From Aliivibrio fischeri ES114 (GTDB lineage Bacteria > Pseudomonadota > Gammaproteobacteria > Enterobacterales > Vibrionaceae), in NCBI RefSeq assembly GCF_000011805.1, contig NC_006841.2: DNA of 32,000 nucleotides; one strand, given 5' to 3'. The position numbers were made by a program, and so were the translations under genes. Below the pieces are notes generated by a model. That model made no database searches, was not told the origin of the DNA, and was given only the letters and a program-made list of their open reading frames with translations. Positions 28,094 through 32,000 of the stretch are shown one piece after another (position 1 is the first letter of the stretch; each line of letters starts with the position of its first letter).

Positions 28094-28513
28094 TTAATCA
28101 AAACGAACCGCAACACCCACATAAAACGCATCATTATCATGAAACTCTTCATCAACGTCTTTGTATCCAGCTCTGATAGTCACACGTTCAAAATCGTACC
28201 CTATCTCAGCCCCAAGGCTGTAGCTGTAATCAATATCCCTATTAAAGTAATGCATGCCGACAATTGGCGCTAGGTAGAATTGTTGTTTACGAAAAGCCGG
28301 TTTAATGTTGATACCAAATGAATGAACATCTTGGTTCCATTTTGTGAAATCTAACTCATACCCAAAATCCAGCTCTTGGTTAACAGGGAAATAAAAGCCA
28401 GACTGTAAAGAATAAGCGTTGGAGTTTGAGAGAGCATCAGCACTAAAATATACCTGTGGCTTTGCGAAACAAACACCAGAGAACAGAGCTAACAATAAGA
28501 AATACTTTTTCAT
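28094..28513 (-). CDS. Small secreted / outer-membrane beta-barrel-like protein (139 aa)
   Basis: Signal peptide MKKYFLLLALFSGVCFA; alternating strands ending VTIRAGYKDVDEEFHDNDAFYVGVAVRFD with terminal aromatic F. Confidence 0.7.
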   Translation of the reverse strand: MKKYFLLLALFSGVCFAKPQVYFSADALSNSNAYSLQSGFYFPVNQELDFGYELDFTKWNQDVHSFGINIKPAFRKQQFYLAPIVGMHYFNRDIDYSYSLGAEIGYDFERVTIRAGYKDVDEEFHDNDAFYVGVAVRFD

Positions 28514-28570
28514 TTAATACATATCATTCATTTGGAGAATATTTAATTCTAGCACGGCAGAAAGGTAAGA

Positions 28571-28678
28571 AGCACCCTTCGGGCAACCCGCTTTATTTCG
28601 CGAATTGGTGTGTCACTCATTCTTCGCAATACACCAATGGCTCAACCAAGCCACAAAACGCTTCGCTGTACGGGTTAC
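28571..28678. repeat. Compact intergenic block with nested inverted repeats
   Basis: Outer AACCCG...CGGGTT; inner ATTGGTGT...ACACCAAT; sub-hairpins CCCttcGGG and GGCTcaaccaAGCC. More GC-rich than the surroundings. Confidence 0.45.
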
Positions 28679-28686
28679 AATCAGGG

Positions 28687-30549
28687 CTATTTATTAATGC
28701 TAATAGCTGCTGCTTCAAGACTTTCACTTAATTCATTTTCTTTATGATAAGTGGCTAATAAGTTATGAGTTGCTCGCGTCATTCCTACATATAATCGACG
28801 AATATCTTCTGATCTATTATCGCTTTTTTTAGGAATATTGGATGAGTTTAAAATTACTACTGTTTTAAATTCCAATCCTTTACTGCTAGGAATGGGAAGA
28901 ACGTTAACGACATCATTGATTGGATTATATTGTTTTTTATGCTCAGAAGTAGCGAGTAATATATGAGGTATACTTCTAGTTTTTAGTGCTTCAGCAACTT
29001 TTTTGCCAATATGTTTACAAGGATAAATTATGGCGATATCGCTCCATGCATATCCATTTTGTTTCCAATGAACTAAACATTTAACTGCATATTCAACTTC
29101 TTGATCCATCGTTGAGAATTTTTTAACAACAGGATGAGAGCCTGTAATACCAGCAGATTCAGGATGAATTAATGGGATTTCTTTAGTATCCGAATTATCA
29201 AAATATTGTTTAGCAAACTGATAAGAAAAAGATAGTATTTCTCTGGTATTACGATAGTTTAAACGTAATACTGTAGTTCTTCCTTGGGCTTGAATTCCAA
29301 CACTTGCTAAACTAAAGTCTAAATTGCTTTTTTTCTTGTAGATAGATTGAGCATCGTCATATAGTAATAATAACGAATTTGTTTCAGGATCAATCATTTG
29401 AGTAATTAATGTTAGCCATTCTGCTTCAAAATCATGTCCTTCATCAATCAATAGTGCTCCATACTGCCCTTTTGGTATATTTCCTTTTTCAACACCCTCT
29501 ATGACAGTTTCAACTTGTCTTTCCCAATAAGGGGCTTCGCCCTTTTGAATATCTAAATTGTAAGTTTTAATTTGTTGCCCACACCAATCATGAAAATGAT
29601 AGACCTGAACTTGTCCTGCAATACCTTTATCATTGATAAAGCTACGGAGCCTTGCCGCTAATGTGATATTAAAGCAGAGTACTAAAATTGGTTTTTTTAA
29701 TTGCTCGGCTAAATGTAAGCAACGATAACCTAAGATCAACGTTTTTCCGGAACCAGCTACGCCATGAATGACTCGATGTCCATCACCTAAGCTTCTAGCT
29801 AACTGCTCCTGTTGAATATCCATGATTTTAATTATTTCAGGAATGTGATCATTTGGATTTATTAATTCGTTCGTATCTTCTAGAGGTAGCAGAGTTTGTT
29901 GTTCTGATGTTGAAATACGAATTTCTGGAAATAGATGCCATCGAATTCTATCAATTTGTGGTAATGATAATTGGTTTCCAAATTTATAATTGAACATATT
30001 CCAGAGTTTTGTTTGAAACTTTTCAGGATCTATTGTACTTACCATTTCATCTTTACAAATGACTAAGTGATGTGGAAGTACCGAGTCTTGAGCGTCTAAA
30101 GGAATAGCTCGATCTAACTGAATGCGAGTAATATTGGTTAATACAACGCCATACCCATAAGGAAGACACAAGTTACCTTTATATTTCCCATCTTGATTTA
30201 TAAGTAAGTTATCTCGTTTTAGTTTATCTATGACTTGATAACTACATTGACGTACTTGCTCAATAGGATTACTTGTTGTTTCAATGCCTTTTGATGTTAG
30301 TAATTCGACACGAGACGCATCTATATTTCTGATAGTATCAAGTTTCCAATCTTTTACTTCAAGAAATAGTAACCCACGTGCGGGATGTAAGATAATGAAA
30401 TCAGGGTAACGTCGTTGGCGTCCAACAGGGATGTCATACCAACATATGTAATCATCCTCTAATAAGTTTTCAACACGTTGCGCGAAACGTTTTTCTCCTG
30501 CCGTCATTTTAGATAAACAGGTATTTAATGTTGGTATTAGTTCAGCCAT
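28687..30549 (-). CDS. NERD (nuclease-related) domain protein fused to a superfamily-1 UvrD-like helicase
   Basis: N-term RRYPDFIILHPARGLLFLEVKDWK (NERD D...ExK); Walker A HGVAGSGKT; Walker B ALLIDEGHD; TVLRLNYRNTREIL; SSKGLEFKTVVI; RRLYVGMTRATHNL. Confidence 0.9.
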   Translation of the reverse strand: MAELIPTLNTCLSKMTAGEKRFAQRVENLLEDDYICWYDIPVGRQRRYPDFIILHPARGLLFLEVKDWKLDTIRNIDASRVELLTSKGIETTSNPIEQVRQCSYQVIDKLKRDNLLINQDGKYKGNLCLPYGYGVVLTNITRIQLDRAIPLDAQDSVLPHHLVICKDEMVSTIDPEKFQTKLWNMFNYKFGNQLSLPQIDRIRWHLFPEIRISTSEQQTLLPLEDTNELINPNDHIPEIIKIMDIQQEQLARSLGDGHRVIHGVAGSGKTLILGYRCLHLAEQLKKPILVLCFNITLAARLRSFINDKGIAGQVQVYHFHDWCGQQIKTYNLDIQKGEAPYWERQVETVIEGVEKGNIPKGQYGALLIDEGHDFEAEWLTLITQMIDPETNSLLLLYDDAQSIYKKKSNLDFSLASVGIQAQGRTTVLRLNYRNTREILSFSYQFAKQYFDNSDTKEIPLIHPESAGITGSHPVVKKFSTMDQEVEYAVKCLVHWKQNGYAWSDIAIIYPCKHIGKKVAEALKTRSIPHILLATSEHKKQYNPINDVVNVLPIPSSKGLEFKTVVILNSSNIPKKSDNRSEDIRRLYVGMTRATHNLLATYHKENELSESLEAAAISINK

Positions 30550-30819
30550 TTATTTGTACTACTAAGGCAATAATCTTACAATTATAAGCTTTTGTCCTAT
30601 TTTAAATCGTGATCTATAACAAAATTATATAACGACTTGATAAGTATGGATTTATTTAGTTTAGATTAACTTGTTTGTTAAAGATTAAGCTATGGAATAC
30701 ATTAATGGTATTTTTATAAAATCGAAATACTAAAAATGTCACTTATATCTCGTTTTTTATCATGCATCTAGATAAGATACTGATTATTAAAGTTTGATTT
30801 GTATTTTTTAGGATGAAGT

Positions 30820-31947
30820 ATGTCTGTTGAGTATTATGTAGACAAGTTCCGTAACTTAAACATGAATAGTAATAAAGGGAGAAAGAGCCCACATAAAGTA
30901 TGCATGTTACTTTCTGTTATGGACTTAATACAAGCGGGCTATATTTATAAAAATAGATTTCAACTTGATGCTACGTTAAAAGAACGTTTTACTCATTTCT
31001 TTAATGAGCGTAGGCATGAACAAGACCGAGATACTCCAGAGAATCCTTTTTTTCACCTTAAAAGTGAAGGTTTTTGGCATTTAGCTTATCAAGATGGTAT
31101 TGATGCTTCTCTTGTTAAAGGATACTCCGCTAAAGCTATTAATTATGCTTATTTGGATGATGAGCTATTTGATTACTTAAAAAGTATAATTGTTGTTAAT
31201 GATTTAAAAGATGCATTAGTTGAAAATTTATCTGATTTAACTGACCTTTACACTCAATGGTTGATTGATGTTGGGAAGTCAGAAAAAACTGCTAAAAATT
31301 ACTCTCAAGCGATTAGAGGTTCTATTTCAAATTGGATGATACAAGAGAATATTTTGGAAGAACCATTAACAAAAGTGAAGTCTTTTCGTGAGTTTTGTCG
31401 GCTATCTGAAACTGCTCGCTCTCTTGAGAAGTTTAAAAAGTTTAATGCAAACGGAAATCATATGTATAGCGCTGCATTAAATTCATATCAGCGCTTTTTA
31501 GCAGATTTATCGCAAGTTGATGTAAAAGCAGATATTCAAGAAATTTTTGAGGATAACAAACTTACCCAAACGGAAAAAACCATTATGGTTAATACTCGTA
31601 TGGGACAGGGGACATTTAGAAAGCAACTAATAGAAATGTGGAAAGGCTGCTCTGTTACTGGATATAAGAACACTCAGATGCTTGTTGCTTCTCATATAAA
31701 ACCATGGCGTGAAGCTAATAATACAGAACGTTTAGATAAATATAATGGACTACTGTTACTTGCTAATTTAGATAAAGCATTCGATCTTGGTTTTATCTCT
31801 TTTCAAAATTCAGGAAAATTAATGATATCGAGTCAATTGGAGGCTCCAGAGGTATTAGGGCTTAGAGATGATATGATCTTTAATGTTCACCGTGAGCATA
31901 AAAAGTATTTAGACCATCATCGTAAAATTTTATTCAAAGGTTTTTAG
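30820..31947 (+). CDS. HNH endonuclease, multi-domain, probable modification-sensing (type IV-like) restriction enzyme
   Basis: N-term NSNKGRKSPHKVCMLLSVMDLI...NPFFHLKSEGFWHLAY; middle TAKNYSQAIRGSISNWM...NGNHMYSAALNSYQRFL; C-term HNH-type CSVTGYKNTQMLVASHIKPWREA...NGLLLLANLDKAFDLGFISF. Confidence 0.85.
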   Translation: MSVEYYVDKFRNLNMNSNKGRKSPHKVCMLLSVMDLIQAGYIYKNRFQLDATLKERFTHFFNERRHEQDRDTPENPFFHLKSEGFWHLAYQDGIDASLVKGYSAKAINYAYLDDELFDYLKSIIVVNDLKDALVENLSDLTDLYTQWLIDVGKSEKTAKNYSQAIRGSISNWMIQENILEEPLTKVKSFREFCRLSETARSLEKFKKFNANGNHMYSAALNSYQRFLADLSQVDVKADIQEIFEDNKLTQTEKTIMVNTRMGQGTFRKQLIEMWKGCSVTGYKNTQMLVASHIKPWREANNTERLDKYNGLLLLANLDKAFDLGFISFQNSGKLMISSQLEAPEVLGLRDDMIFNVHREHKKYLDHHRKILFKGF

Positions 31948-32000
31948 TTTTATTAGAATTGCATTTAACCATTTTTCATTGGCACGATTAGGGCGCAAAT

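Noticed and set aside
28571-28678. Possible integron attC site
   Set aside because: Length and nested arms are suggestive, but the terminal R''/R' boxes (RYYYAAC ... GTTRRRY) are not present in the right form and there is no cassette array or integrase nearby.
28456-28731. 91-aa plus-strand ORF
   Set aside because: Spans the 5' end of the minus-strand beta-barrel gene, the inverted-repeat block and the 3' end of the NERD-helicase gene; no coding character recognised.
1-32000. CRISPR arrays, tRNA/rRNA genes, transposases, integrases
   Set aside because: Read through for regularly spaced repeats, tRNA-like cloverleaf sequence and recombinase motifs; none recognised. tRNAscan-SE and an ISfinder search would be needed for a definitive negative.

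Overview
This AT-rich gammaproteobacterial window looks like Aliivibrio/Vibrio (inference from protein style; no search run). Most of it is ordinary chromosomal content: a partial GH2 beta-mannosidase-like gene, a dCache-type chemoreceptor, an HlyD/ABC-2 export operon, a nitroreductase, a MerR-methyltransferase fusion, GNAT, Gfo/Idh/MocA and EamA genes, a nemA-gloA pair with gloA apparently frameshifted, a secreted GEVED/LruC-type protein with a downstream lipoprotein, a second OYE-family oxidoreductase, two POT peptide transporters, a rhodanese, a 3-methyladenine glycosylase, a ulaBAC-like PTS operon, a CPBP protease and several small orphan proteins. The right end (about 28.55-32.0 kb) is the best candidate for accessory/defence content. 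It holds a NERD-nuclease plus superfamily-1 helicase gene divergent from a three-part HNH endonuclease whose N-terminus resembles the sulfur-binding/modified-DNA-sensing domain of type IV-like enzymes, bordered by a nested inverted-repeat block. Other points worth following up are a textbook 19-bp-spacer MerR promoter, the gloA frameshift, and a 40-aa membrane mini-protein with a very strong Shine-Dalgarno. No transposase, integrase, tRNA, rRNA or CRISPR array was recognised.
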